Below, one piece after another: positions 1 through 12,504 of a stretch of 64,000 nt of DNA. A program made the position numbers and the translations under genes. The notes beneath the pieces were generated by a model. That model made no database searches. It saw only the letters and a program-made list of their open reading frames with translations, and had not been told where the DNA came from. Within the stretch, counting starts at the first letter, position 1; each line of letters opens with the position of its first letter. The stretch spans positions 29,636,001 through 29,700,000 of the forward strand of contig OZ260665.1 in the NCBI GenBank assembly GCA_965285935.1, read 5' to 3'. The stretch is from Ophelia neglecta. Taxonomy: Eukaryota.

Positions 1-2192
1 GTCCTCAGGTAAGAAGTGTGGTCTCCGATACTGCTTTCTCAGTTCTCTCTGTATCTCTGAATGGCAGTTACTCCTATAGAATACAATTGAAACATATCCT
101 GTAAACTTGTGGAAGGGACTTGCAAAAGTTACATGTTTAGGCCTCAAAATGGTTTACGGGCAAAAACAAAATTCAACATTTTTAGCAATAAATAATACCA
201 GACTTCTCCAAGCTCACAATGTGCAACATTATGCCAACACATGTAGACAAGAACAAGTATCTGGGCATTCTGTTAATTAAAAACATTGGATCAGTGGACA
301 CAAAAATACTCCTATCAAAACTACTGACATGAAGATTGATACTCTGGTCCTCAGTAGGTACTGTATGCACTTGCCAACACAAACTACATATAACCTTAAC
401 TTTTCTACAGCTGAGCATTTTTTTAATATGGAAATACTTTATTTGAATCTTCCAATCAGCTAGACCTGTACAAGGCCAGAGAAATATACATGTAAGACTG
501 GCATGCTCTGGTGCATATAATTATATATCTACACAAACCATAAGAGTGTTCAAGCTCACAGTTTTGGCATTGGAAACTCTTTGCACCAGTTTTCTATTTC
601 TTATACTGACTCAATTGATTTATTATATTGGAAAACCATCCAGCACCAAAATATTCTAGGATTTAACTTCCACAAAAAGGCAAATCAGGAATGCCAGAAA
701 TGCCTCTGGTATTGCCCAAATATGTACACAGCATGCAAATAAAATAACCTACAAAACGTCCATCCTACTACATGTATAAGTACATATGCATTGCAAAATG
801 GAACAGCATACCAGATTCTATAAGAAATCAAACCACAATGTCATGCTCCATGGCTCTTTTGAAAAATTCATCACATTGACACATTCTGTTTTTTAATGGA
901 AAGAAATAACTATACCAAACAGGATATGGTGGCAGAGCAATAAGCATGCCAGAAGTAGGATGGGCATACACACTCAATAAGCCCTGCTTCAAGTACAAGA
1001 AAACAATCTGAACTTTGGACACAATTAGGAGGATAATTAGTATCTTTTTCCTTTTCACTATCACAAACAACTCTTAACCAGCTCTCAACACATTCAACAA
1101 CCGATGAATCCAAGCTGTCTTGGCAATAACTTACACCATACCAGCCATCATCTATAATATGGCAACTCAGATTTGCAAAAAAAAAAGTCAATTAGGCAAT
1201 TCATTTAAGGAATTGTCTATATGCACAACAAGGCATGTATATTAATCCAAGCATGCTGTACATTGGCCAATATGTTCATTTTGGGTTAGGTCAATAGGAG
1301 TAATGGCTTATTCTTATGCTCAGGCAGAATCCTTAACCACAATCTGCAAGACGGGTGGGTCACTGGGTGCATATCCTCTTTCTATTTTTTAATATTTACC
1401 TCACAAGGAGATGAAAATGTTGTTGACTAGACCATACTTTTTAAACTTAAGACGGTAAATACCATAATACTGTTAAACATACCACCCGAAGTACCAAGGT
1501 GCTTCCCCTTCTTGATATGATGCACGGGCATCGGACATGTTAAAGGCTTCCTCTAATGTCTCAAACTCTGTATTATAAGGAAAAAACTGGCAGGCCTCTT
1601 CTGTCACTTCAAATGCATCACTGAAGTTTTTATACAAACTTTGTAAATATTTAAAGTTAAATGTTTCCAATGCCACCCAGTTTTTGGTAGCATCTTTAAT
1701 CAACACGGGGACGCCTGAATAGGCATATTTTGCAACAAAATCCTCCTTTGAAATGTTATATTCAACTGCTGTCCCTAGATTTTCACAAGCACTGCAATCG
1801 AACACTGGTCTGGATATTTCATGGACAAGCAGGTTGGTGTCAACTAGACATTCGGTTTCAAAAACATAATCCAGCATTATTTCATATCCTTCACCCAATC
1901 CCGGCCCATACACAACTGCCCCAACTCCCAAAGCAATAAAGATGGGCAGTAGAACAAAACACAACCACTTCCTAAGGGTCCACCTTCCATGTTGTTTGGG
2001 AGAGTGAAGTCGAACAAACAGTTCCAACTTTGATTTCGGGGTGCGAATATGTTGCATATATTCGTTGTAAATCGCTGTATCATCGTCTTGATTATTTAAT
2101 GAAGCTTTCCAGAGTTGCCTGAACTTCTCAATAAGAATGTCATCGGGGTCATTGCCTATTTCTTGAGAGTTTGTATTTCTAGTCGACGACAT
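1..2192 (-). CDS. Uncharacterised single-pass membrane protein with cupin/JmjC-like (Cupin_8-type) domain; 5' part only, exons 2192-1483 and 73-<1 (alternative upstream ATG at 2261)
   Basis: ORF 1473-2261 has a hydrophobic TM segment (WLCFVLLPIFIALGVGAVVYG), a CxxC (CSAC) and the JmjC/cupin N-terminal signature ISKEDFVAKYAYSGVPVLIKDATKNW. A GT donor after FG-TG (exon ends 1483) joins in phase to an AG acceptor (exon starts 73), giving PWYFGWSNCHSEIQRELRKQYRRPHFLPED. The family assignment is by motif recognition only. Confidence 0.8.
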
Positions 2193-2261
2193 GATGGCTT
2201 CTCGGAAGTAAATAAACGCTCGGTTATGCCACCTAGCGGAACTTTTGGAAACGAAACGCAT

Positions 2262-2571
2262 TTTTTCTACATTCTCCTTCCTCAGATAATAGCATTGTGT
2301 AGGGCCTCTCTGGAGTTTTAAATCAAATATACTTTCGAAAAAGGAACTAATTTTTTTTATTTAAGAAAACCAATTATTTGTTTGGGTCAAAGCACCTGCC
2401 AGTTGCCTAGAAGGAAGCAGTATCTTCCGCAACGAAACGATCAGACCGGTGGGAAGAGTTGATTTCCCACAAGCTACATTCCAAAGTTGAGATTGTTTGG
2501 TGGCAACAGACTGTGGCCAAAGGGTTTAAAAATAATTCACTTCGTAGATTAGACTAGATGAGAGAATCACG
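2262..2571. promoter_or_regulatory. Bidirectional promoter between the cupin-like gene and TTC30, with RFX X-box-like motifs
   Basis: Divergent ATGs at 2192/2261 (minus) and 2572 (plus). X-box-like sequences GTTGCCTAGAA (2402-2412) and GTTTGGTGGCAAC (2495-2507). Confidence 0.6.
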
Positions 2572-5500
2572 ATGGAAGGTATTCAGATGAAAGAAGGGGA
2601 AGTGACTTCAACCATCTATGCTATGGTAAGAGATCCAAAGCCATTTCTTTCTCTTAAATTGACTTTTCTTTTCAAAGACTCGAACGAGAAAAAAAAATTA
2701 AGGAAAAAATACAGTGAATCCTGCCTTAAAGTTGTAATTTGTAGGCAGAGTGTAGTGTATAGGAATTTATTTAAAGGATACTGAGAGGAAAATCTATTAG
2801 TTTTGGACTACAATGTAATGAACACACATGAGCAGTAAAGTAGTGTGAATGGAAACCCTGGAAATACCTCCTAATCACTTATCAGGGACTACTAAACTCA
2901 CTAATTTCCATCCCAAATTGAGTTATGATTTTAGAAATACTGTGACCAAATTGACCTGCCAGAATTTGATGAACATATTCGTTTTGGGTATTTCAGATAA
3001 AAGATCAGCGCTACAATGAATGTGTCCAGGTATTGAACAATGTCATGCAGATTTACAATAAGGTAGGTTTTGAAAATAATTATGTTTATAAGTTTTCCTG
3101 TCATTCTCTGAATAATGCAGATTATATATATCTGCCATTTGAAGAAACCAAGATTGTGTTGTCCCTCCATTAGTGCCACTGGGTATAATGTAAACTACCC
3201 CCTAGACTGTTTGTAGATGCAAACTTGAATCTTTGGGATATTGTAGAACTATTACCAGGGGGCATACAAAACTCTTGAAATTTGATCTGACTTCTATGTC
3301 TTTTTTTATTTTGGTGTATACACAGTCTATAAAAGATATTGCAAATAATTGTTATTTCTCTTTTTATTTACTCTGTTTTCAGTCTAGGGCAGCATTGTCC
3401 TTGTTGGGATATTGTTACTATCAGATGCAGGACTTTGTCAATGCAGCAGATTGCTATGAGCAGCTCACCATACAATACCCGGAGGTAGAGGACTATAGAC
3501 TGTACTACGCTCAGTCCCTCTATCAGGCGTGTCTGTATGAGGAAGCCATGAAAGTCTCATGTCAGATTGACAACCCTAGCTATCAGTCTAGGGTATGTAC
3601 CCGCCAATGCCTCCTGCTAAACCATATTGTCTGTAATCAGCACCCTACTCTCAGAAACCAGAGCTGAAATAATTAAAAGTCTGTCAACCTCTTATTACTT
3701 ATTAAAGCCACTGAAAGCAAATGAAACTAATTATCATATCTAAGGAAATTTAACAGTAATGTCAATGATTAGCTGGTAAAACAGGGTTGTGTACTTGTTA
3801 GAGAATAAGTTGATGTTGGTTTTGAATTTAAGGAACTTGCTATAAATTGTTGTGAACCAAATGGAATTTTAAACTAATGATATACGAGTGCATGGCTTGC
3901 TTTCAATGAAATCCTGCTGTTTTCCCATAATGATGTTTGTAAATTTAATTCTTCACTGTGACAGATCATTAAGCTGCAGGCTGCCATCAAGTATGGTGAG
4001 GAGGACTTGCCCGGAGCCCAGAGCTTGGTGGAGCAGGCTCCCTCGGACGACCCTGATACTGAAATCAACCTGGGATGTCTGCTCTACAAGGTAGTAAATA
4101 CTCATCACCAAGGTCTAAAACTACAGCTCATTGTCTTTATAACTAAATACTCATGGAGGTCTGAAAATCTATACCCCCCTCCCCAATTCATACCCTCTAA
4201 GGTATGAAAAATCACATAGTATCTTTAAGGGAATACTCAGCAAAGTTGGCAGATCTGTAGCACAGCACCAAACAATAAATAATTTTCATGGTTTGAAAAG
4301 ACTAAGTTTCTCACAGTGTCTGAAAGTAAATACCAACTATTGTCTGAAACTTTCTTAAGTTAACTATCACCAAGGCCTGAATATTGTATCACAGTCAGTT
4401 AAACGAGACTTACCACATGGTTTTTATCTTCTCAGCCTTTTTTTGTAGATGATTTACATACTCGAGTAGTTAAACACCAGAAATGCTACCTTATGTTGCT
4501 AAAAATAACATCTGTTTCCACAACATCAGGATATAAGCAAGCTAATTTCATCATTGAGTTGTGATGCCTATATCGTTGTCTAACTTTGTTTAAAAATGTT
4601 AAATATTGCATGTTTACAGGAGGGTCGTTACAATGAGTCTGTCCAGAAGTTCACCCAGGCTATGCAGGTGATTGGCTATAAGGCCCATCTCTCGTACAAC
4701 ATAGCACTGTGCCACTATCAGCTCAAGCAGTATGCTCCTGCTCTAAAACACATCGCTGATATCATAGAGCGAGGTATCAGGGAACATCCAGGTATAATAC
4801 TACTTGAACCATTGTTGTCATACACTATTAAAAGGAAGTAATAAGCTCAAAATTGTCAATATTATGCCACATGTCGGAATAATTAATGAAGAGAAAAATA
4901 TGTGAACTTGAGAGAATGTGAATTAATTATGTTTATTTGTCCAATACAGAATTGAGTGTAGGAATGACTACTGAAGGGATTGATGTGAGAAGTGTAGGCA
5001 ATACTTTAACACTCCACGAGACCGCCTTGGTAGAGGCCTTCAACCTCAAGGCAGCCATTGAGTACCAACTGAAAAACTGTAATTAAAATGCTTATTTTAT
5101 CCTCATCAGGTCTTGATATTGAGTCCCTTTCCATTCTATTGATTAATTAGTCAAAAGTTGGTAGGCCTACATTGGGTACCAAAAATTGCAAATAAACACG
5201 AAATGAATGAAATATTTTTTGTTGTATTGATATCATGAAGTATGTAACATGCCTTAATATTAATAATTTTTTGAAAGAAACCTAACACTCAGCTTTAATG
5301 TTTGACCTTCTTTACTGTGCTGTGTAGTTGAGGCCTCCTGTGAGGCCCTGACAGACATGCCGCCTCGATCAGAGGAAGAGCTGGATGCTGTGTCCCTCCA
5401 TAACCAGGCCTTGATGAACATGGAAGCAAACCCTACAAATGGCTTTGAGAAACTGCAATTCTTACTGCAGCAGAATCCATTCCCACCAGAGACATTTGGA

Positions 5501-8500
5501 AACCTGCTACTTCTATACATCAAGTTTGAGGTCTGTAAAATTCTGTCACCTCAGCTGGAAAGGGAAGTTAATAAATACATGCAATATTCAATCACAAGTG
5601 AAGCAAATCATGCTTAACATTGAAGGAGTTATAAACATATTTTCACTATTGAAAATTTTTTAGAGTATATCCCTTTCTGTGACCTGACCTCTTATATTTT
5701 CTTCAGTACTATGACCTGGCAGCAGACGTCTTGGCTGAAAATGCACATCTGACATACAAATTTCTAACACCGGTAAGTTTCTGGATTTCTGTATTTTTTA
5801 AATTTTGATAGCGACTTAGTATTAAACATGATTTAAAAAAACTCCTTGTGGGTTTGATAACAGGTTGTGTGCATGTGGTTCCTAGTATGATTTTGCAAAA
5901 CATAACAGATCAGTAAAATCATAATGTTGCCAGATTAACTGTGTATCTGATCTGTGTCTGACATAATGGCTTCTGCATAAGAGTGTTTTTGGTTGCTCGT
6001 CACTGGGCAGAAGATGTTCATTGTTATTCAGTTACATGTATTTTGATATACTTTGCCTTAAAAATGTGTATTCAGTTTGGTCATTTGATGGCAGATGCCG
6101 AGGTAAAGATTTTTAAATACCTCTTTAATGAGTACACATGTTTGTTAGCTTTGATATCGTTAATTCCACATTGCCCTTTGGTTTGAGTTTTGGAAAGTCA
6201 CTATGATATTCAAGGAGGTGTTTAAATTGGTTCTCTGTTCTTGGGGCTGTTAAAAAAACTTTGTAAGAGAATGTGTCTTATAGAAATAATTCATAGCAAG
6301 CTACCACTTTTTTGTATAGTCACTATTAATTTATATTCTCGTTTTTTCTTTATTTATGTCTGGCTGATAATTTTTTCTTCTTTCTCTCAGTACATGTATG
6401 ATTTTCTGGAAGCTGTGATAACACGGCAAACATCACCTGAGGAGGCCTACAGGAAACTGGATGAAATGGCCTCGAAACAAACTGAACAGCTACGCAAACT
6501 TACTAAACAGGTTAATATTATTACCAAATTAGTAAAACAAACAATTCTTTGATATCATAGGTAGGCAGTTTTATCAGTTTTTCTTTGCAGCAAAATAAAC
6601 AAGCAGATAGTGAAGGCCTCAGAAATATTCAATATTTAATAATAAATATGCTTTACAGAACAATTTATGTCTGCATTTCCTTTTTGTACCAGGTCCAAGA
6701 AGCCAGACAAAATCATGATGATGAGTCTGTGAAGAAGACTGTCAATGAATATGACGAGTCATTGGAAAGGTGAAACTATTATGTTATTAATATTTTAATG
6801 TGACCATAATGTGACTGTATATTTGGTTAACTCTCTTCAGTATCTGATCAATGGCCATGATTAATGAAAGACCAACCACTATCCAACATGGAAATATCCT
6901 CTCAACTCTTGACACTTTTGTGGTTTAGTCAGGCTGTACAGTGTTTCATGTTAGAGAGGTACTGGTATTGTCTTCCAGGTACATACCTGTTCTGATGCAG
7001 CAGGCAAAAATTTACTGGGATTTGGAGAACTACCAACAAGTGGAGAAGATTTTCCGAAAGTCTGTTGAGTTTTGCAATGAGCATGATACCTGGAAACTGA
7101 ATGTAGCTCATGTTCTGTTCATGCAGGAGAACAAATACAAGGAGGCCACAGGTTTCTACGAGCCTATTGTCAAGAAACATTACGACAATGTGAGCAGCAC
7201 TTCCTTGTGTGTTTAGATATGTTTGAAGCTATCTATAGCCTTCCTCTCACTAATTTCCAGAAATAAAAATAAGTGATTAGTTTAACTAAAGAATGGTCCA
7301 GTTTTAATAATCATAATACATTCCGGTGTATTTATGAAAAATTTTGATAATGCCTGTGGTCAGTACTACAGCCAGAATATATTAGTGGTGAGATCTTTAA
7401 GACTTAATTATAGATCAAGATAAAGGGTAGGTTGTAGACTGTGTTCTGCACATATATTATGTTTTACAGATTCTAAGTGTGAGCGCCATTGTGTTGGCCA
7501 ACTTGTGTGTGTCTTACATCATGACCAGTCAGAACGAAGAGGTTGGTTTGCCATTTACTCTAAATATATATGTAAAAAAAAACATAAACAATAGCTCCAT
7601 TCTGTAACTGGCCAAATTGTTATACCATCAACATGAATTGACATTCTGCAATGGCTGAATGAAGATGAATCGGGAATAAAAGTAGTTATGTTTTCCATCT
7701 TATTTTCTTGTTCCACACTGCCGCTCTTCATTAACAGGCCGAGGAATTGATGCGTAAGATTGAGAAAGAAGAGGAGCAAGTGGCATACGACGATGCAGAG
7801 AAAAAGATATACCATCTCTGTATAGTTAACCTTGTTATCGGGTATGATATATCATCTTTTTATAGTTCACTATGCTTTACTGTAGAATAAGAAATGTTTG
7901 CAGGAAAATATCTTCGCAAATTTGCAAGTTTTCACTTTTTTTGCGGGAATTTTATGTTGCCTGTAAACTCGGTTAACCCTGCAAGAATGTTATTCTGCAC
8001 TTTTGAATAATTTTGTCAATTGGACCTTTAATCAATTACTTAAATTAGCAAATAGTTGGCTATAAATACCATATTAAACATGGTATTTATATATCAGTTT
8101 GTTCATTATTTGATAATACATGACACAGCTACAAATTTGCTAAGTAGCATGTGTGCGTCTTTAAGGGAGTTGTTGCTCATTGGTCATGTGCGTATTAAAG
8201 ACTAACAGGAAAATGGACAGCTTGGACTTCATAATACAGTTACAGGTGTATGTGTCTTGAGTCAGAACCTACAGGTTAAGCCAGAACCTACATGTTGATG
8301 ATGTTTTTGTTTTCAGGACACTGTACTGTGCCAAGGGTAACTATGAGTTTGGTATTTCACGAGTGATCAAATCCTTGGAACCCTACCAGAAGAAACTCGG
8401 CACCGACACCTGGTTCTATGCTAAACGCTGTTTCCTCTCTCTGATTGAGAACATGGCCAAACACATGATCATGTTGCGGGACAATGTGGTGCAGGAATGT

Positions 8501-8849
8501 ATCCAGTTTCTGGAGCATTGTGAAAGTGAGTGTTTACTTTAGTTAGCAAACAATTATCCATGCTACTTAAATGGCCTATAAGAAAGGAAGTTAAACTTGT
8601 TTACTTATCAGTTATTTTATAGTTCTTCAACTTTTCATTGTTGAGGTGTCTTTCTTATAAACAAGATGATTCTAAGTTTCTCCCAAGTAGATATTATTGA
8701 TGATATTGGCCCTATTATTTCCAGCCTATGGTAAGGATGTTAAGGCCGTCGTAGAACAGCCCCTGGAAGAGGAGCCAATGCATCCTGGAAAGAACACAGT
8801 CTCCTATGAGGCAAGGGCCCTCAAAGCTCTCATGATGCAGCTCATGTAA
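2572..8849 (+). CDS. TTC30A: Tetratricopeptide repeat protein 30 / intraflagellar transport protein 70 (IFT-B; fleer/DYF-1), ~647 aa
   Basis: 15 phase-consistent GT-AG exons: 2572-2625, 2997-3062, 3383-3592, 3965-4090, 4620-4791, 4950-5078, 5328-5530, 5707-5772, 6391-6510, 6693-6769, 6979-7189, 7470-7541, 7738-7841, 8317-8525, 8725-8849 (1944 nt, TAA 8847-8849). Diagnostic peptides: SRAALSLLGYCYY, IIERGIREHPELSVGMTTEGIDVRSVGNT, LTDMPPRSEEELD, NPFPPETFGNLLLLY, IFRKSVEFC, GTLYCAKGNYEFGISRVIKSLEPY, GKNTVSYEAR. Confidence 0.96.
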
Positions 8850-9865
8850 ATAGATCTCATCCTGTGGATCATAAAATTTTCATAAAATAAATTATTTGTT
8901 TAACAAGTCATAATTTTAAATCAGATTACTATAATTGAAATTACTGATGCACATTTTTGGTTAGGTTTGTTATTTGTAAGTTACTTAAAAAGTTGAAAAG
9001 TACTGAACATTAAAAATAATCATTTTCAAAACAGGGGTATTTTGTGCATGAACTTGACAGAATATAAAGGCAACTAGTTCCAAATTGTTGAAACTGAAAC
9101 ATATGATAGTTAAAAGTGTTGCCTTCAATTTGTGTTATTTCAAAGATCTGTTATTTGATGTCGGTTTTTATTGATTGCTGCAATATTTTGTTTGAGGGAT
9201 CTATGAGCAATTAAAGATCTTGATGTTTGAACAGTTATTGGGAACATGTCAGTTACAGAGGATAGATGTATCGTGTGCAGTTTGCGGTCGAGCTAGCATC
9301 CCAGGCAGTGATTTGTTTGATGAATTGGGGAGTGTGTTCAGACATATACCATTGATTGATCTAGTATTTAAGTTCAGGGTAACAACATCATTGACTGAGT
9401 TTAAAGACTAGATAGGAGGCCTGTATTTGTCTGTGTAGGGGGTTCAGTTGCATTGCACAAAACACTGGCAGGGATGCTACAATTTTCCGTCCAGTTTGTC
9501 ATATATATTGTGTATTTAATTTCATACTTAACCTAAGTAGCAGTCATTCAGCAGCTGCACTAGCTTGTCCAGACTCTGGCAAAGTCTGATTTAATATTTT
9601 CCAGCATGTCCTTCAGCTTACCCTTTCAATTTATACATTCAATCTTGGTTAAAAATGATACTTTTCACTTTATTGCCGGCATCTACACTGTGGTTATCAA
9701 ATTGTCAAACAATATTTCATATCCTCTCGCAGTTCTTTTGGAAGGCGAGGAATTGAGTAAATTTAATCAATGTTATTTCTTGTGATTTGATTTTTATTTC
9801 TGGTCATTTCAACTTAAATTCCAATTTCACTTATTTCTGTAACTTTAGATTCTATGTTGGATGTT

Positions 9866-9871
9866 AATAAA
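9866..9871 (+). terminator. Candidate polyadenylation signal of TTC30
   Basis: AATAAA about 1 kb after the stop, followed by T/GT-rich sequence. A proximal AATAAA is also present at 8886-8891. Confidence 0.35.
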
Positions 9872-12504
9872 AGTGATTGTTTCACCCTCATTAAACTTGT
9901 TACTTTATCAATGGAAGGTGTTCAGTCCCTTGGTCGCCTATAATTTGCAAAGTCAAGTGTTGGCAAATATTTTGATTGTAGTCCTCAATTGTTAATTAAA
10001 ATGCCCAAGTTAGGGCAAAGAACTTCACAACCTTTGAATGTCGGGTGGATAAAGGAGCCTTAAAAACTCACAGAGGCTGTAACAAACTAGAGAGCTGAAT
10101 ATAGGGCAACTTTAACTTCATTCTATTATTCTCTCACCTTTTATCTTTTTTTAAAGTTGTAGCCAATACACAGGACCTGTAATCAGGTTATTAATATCTT
10201 GCACCATTACCCTACCACAAAGCAAGGCCTCAGGTGCTCGATGCTGAGGCCTTGGCAGGTGTACCTAGCAGTTTGCATGACAGGTACGCCTCCCCCTCCC
10301 CCCCCCCCCCCCCCCTCTAAAAAAAGAATCCACCAACGACTACATGTAGGCAGTGGTGTAATTAAAAACAAACAAAGACTCGAATTTGCCACATATCATG
10401 GCAAATTCAGCCGGAAGTTCATACCACTGGGTACAAATTGTTTCCGGGTGTTTTTTTAGGCACAAGGTCCAGTGTTATACATGTAAAAACATTTAAAAAT
10501 CAATGTTTGTTCTTAACACCCGATGTCGTGAGACAAGTAAAATCTGGTGCAGTGAGGCATGCAGACGCCCCAATTTCAGGGTATTCATCTAGAACCATCT
10601 AGACCTAAAACCATTTCCTTTAACCCTAGGGACAGTAAAACTAATAAACAACACAAAGAGTTTTAGTAATAATTATGTTGTATTAGGTTATCAAATTCAT
10701 ACACTAAGTAGTCAAGCTGTTCCTTTTATTCTTAATCTACCTTCCATATTTGTTCAGAACTAATAAATCATTTACTCAGTTAAATTTACTTTCACTACCA
10801 CAAGCAGCATGATTCAGGTATCTAGAGCTACTGGTTTAATAACAAACATTCTATGCAAATATCACTAATTAGATATCCCAACCAATTGATTTATGCTTTT
10901 ATAGATAACAATATATAAAAGCGTCGAACATATTATAGTTATCTGAATATAATTCTTATTAGATATAGCCCTCTATTGACATTAATGCTGGTATGATATT
11001 ACATTGATATGCATGCATCAATGAATATAATTGACATTTCCCTACATATCACAGTACAGGATTGAAAGTGGCCGGCAAGTACAAGCCTGGATAACTGGTC
11101 ACCTTAGAGGTAATCATTACTCAACCTGGCATGGAGTGAGACCAGTAACAATGGTATGTAAACACCAGTAAAAAAAGTGCTGCCTTATGAATGTCAAACT
11201 GGCTCACAACAAATAATTACCTATTTAACTCCTGTCATGTTCAGATTCACACATATTCAGATACTGATGTGTGCAAAGGAATAATATTTGATATTATGCA
11301 ATGAAAAGTGAGGATTCATTCTATGATCACACGCATAACCACATATAATTATGCTTTTAATACATGTTATGAGCATTATGATCATTATTGCCATACCCAA
11401 TAGGACAATGATATATAATGTTGGTCTAAGAATGGTTTCGAAAATATTACTTTCATAAGACCAACAATAATAGGGTAAACGAGTTTAATGTGGTAACCCA
11501 GTATCACAAAAAGATAATAGTGTTGCTTCAGTAGTGTAGTGAAGATACCATTAGGTAGGATCCTGTCTGAGTTATCACAAGGCCAGTATTTTGCTGGGTC
11601 CTTTTCCAGAAGTTATCACTACATTTAATTATTGTAGCAAAGATAATGTTGATATATTATCACAATTCCTAAACAGTGAAGAGTACCTAGCAGTTTGTAA
11701 GTCACAAGGGGTAATTGTTTAGCCGAGTCCCTGATTGTGAGTTACTATGGATCATATGTCCTATGAACGATCATAGCAGTCAGCAGCTAAATGTGTGTTA
11801 ACACAAGACTTAGAAATGTAGAAGAGCCCCTAGCTATGTGCGGGTAATAATAAGACCTGTAAAGTATTGTAGCAGAGTCCCTGTTTAGTGACTTGTCCTG
11901 AGACAGAGTTCTCTGCTGTGTGTTGAGTAAGGCTTGTTCAGCCGAATATTTAGCTTGATTAGAAAAAATATAGTACATATAAAAATAAAATCACAAATAT
12001 GGAAATTTGAATATACAATCCATCTCGTGGCAATATGAATAGACTATCTATTCAATATAATACCTCCATTCTCTGGAAAAGTCAACTGTAATAATTCTGT
12101 ACAAGTTATTATTATCAAATACACTGGTAATAAATTGGTATGCATTAAACTGATTTAATATGATCATGAAATAAATTATAAGACACCTTGTTCAGTAAAG
12201 CGAACAGTACTTTTTCCCCAGTTCTAGCAACACATTCAAATTTTTGCATCAATTTTACACACATACCACCAGTAACAAAAACTTAAAAAGGGATTAAACA
12301 TCCATATAACAATGCATATGTGGATGCAGTGCAATAAATTGAGATGTCTAATTACATATGAAAAGTCGGTCTCCTGGCTGTGCTCATTGTATGCCACTTG
12401 TACCCTTACATTGTACTAAGTTGAAGATAAGCCAGACTTGACTTCATCCTTTTCCACTATCTGAATCACACACAATAAACATTCCTAGATATTGCTGCCT
12501 ATGG

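Noticed and set aside
182-1191. Short minus-strand ORFs
   Set aside because: They lie within the intron of the cupin-like gene; the flanking exons join in frame without them.
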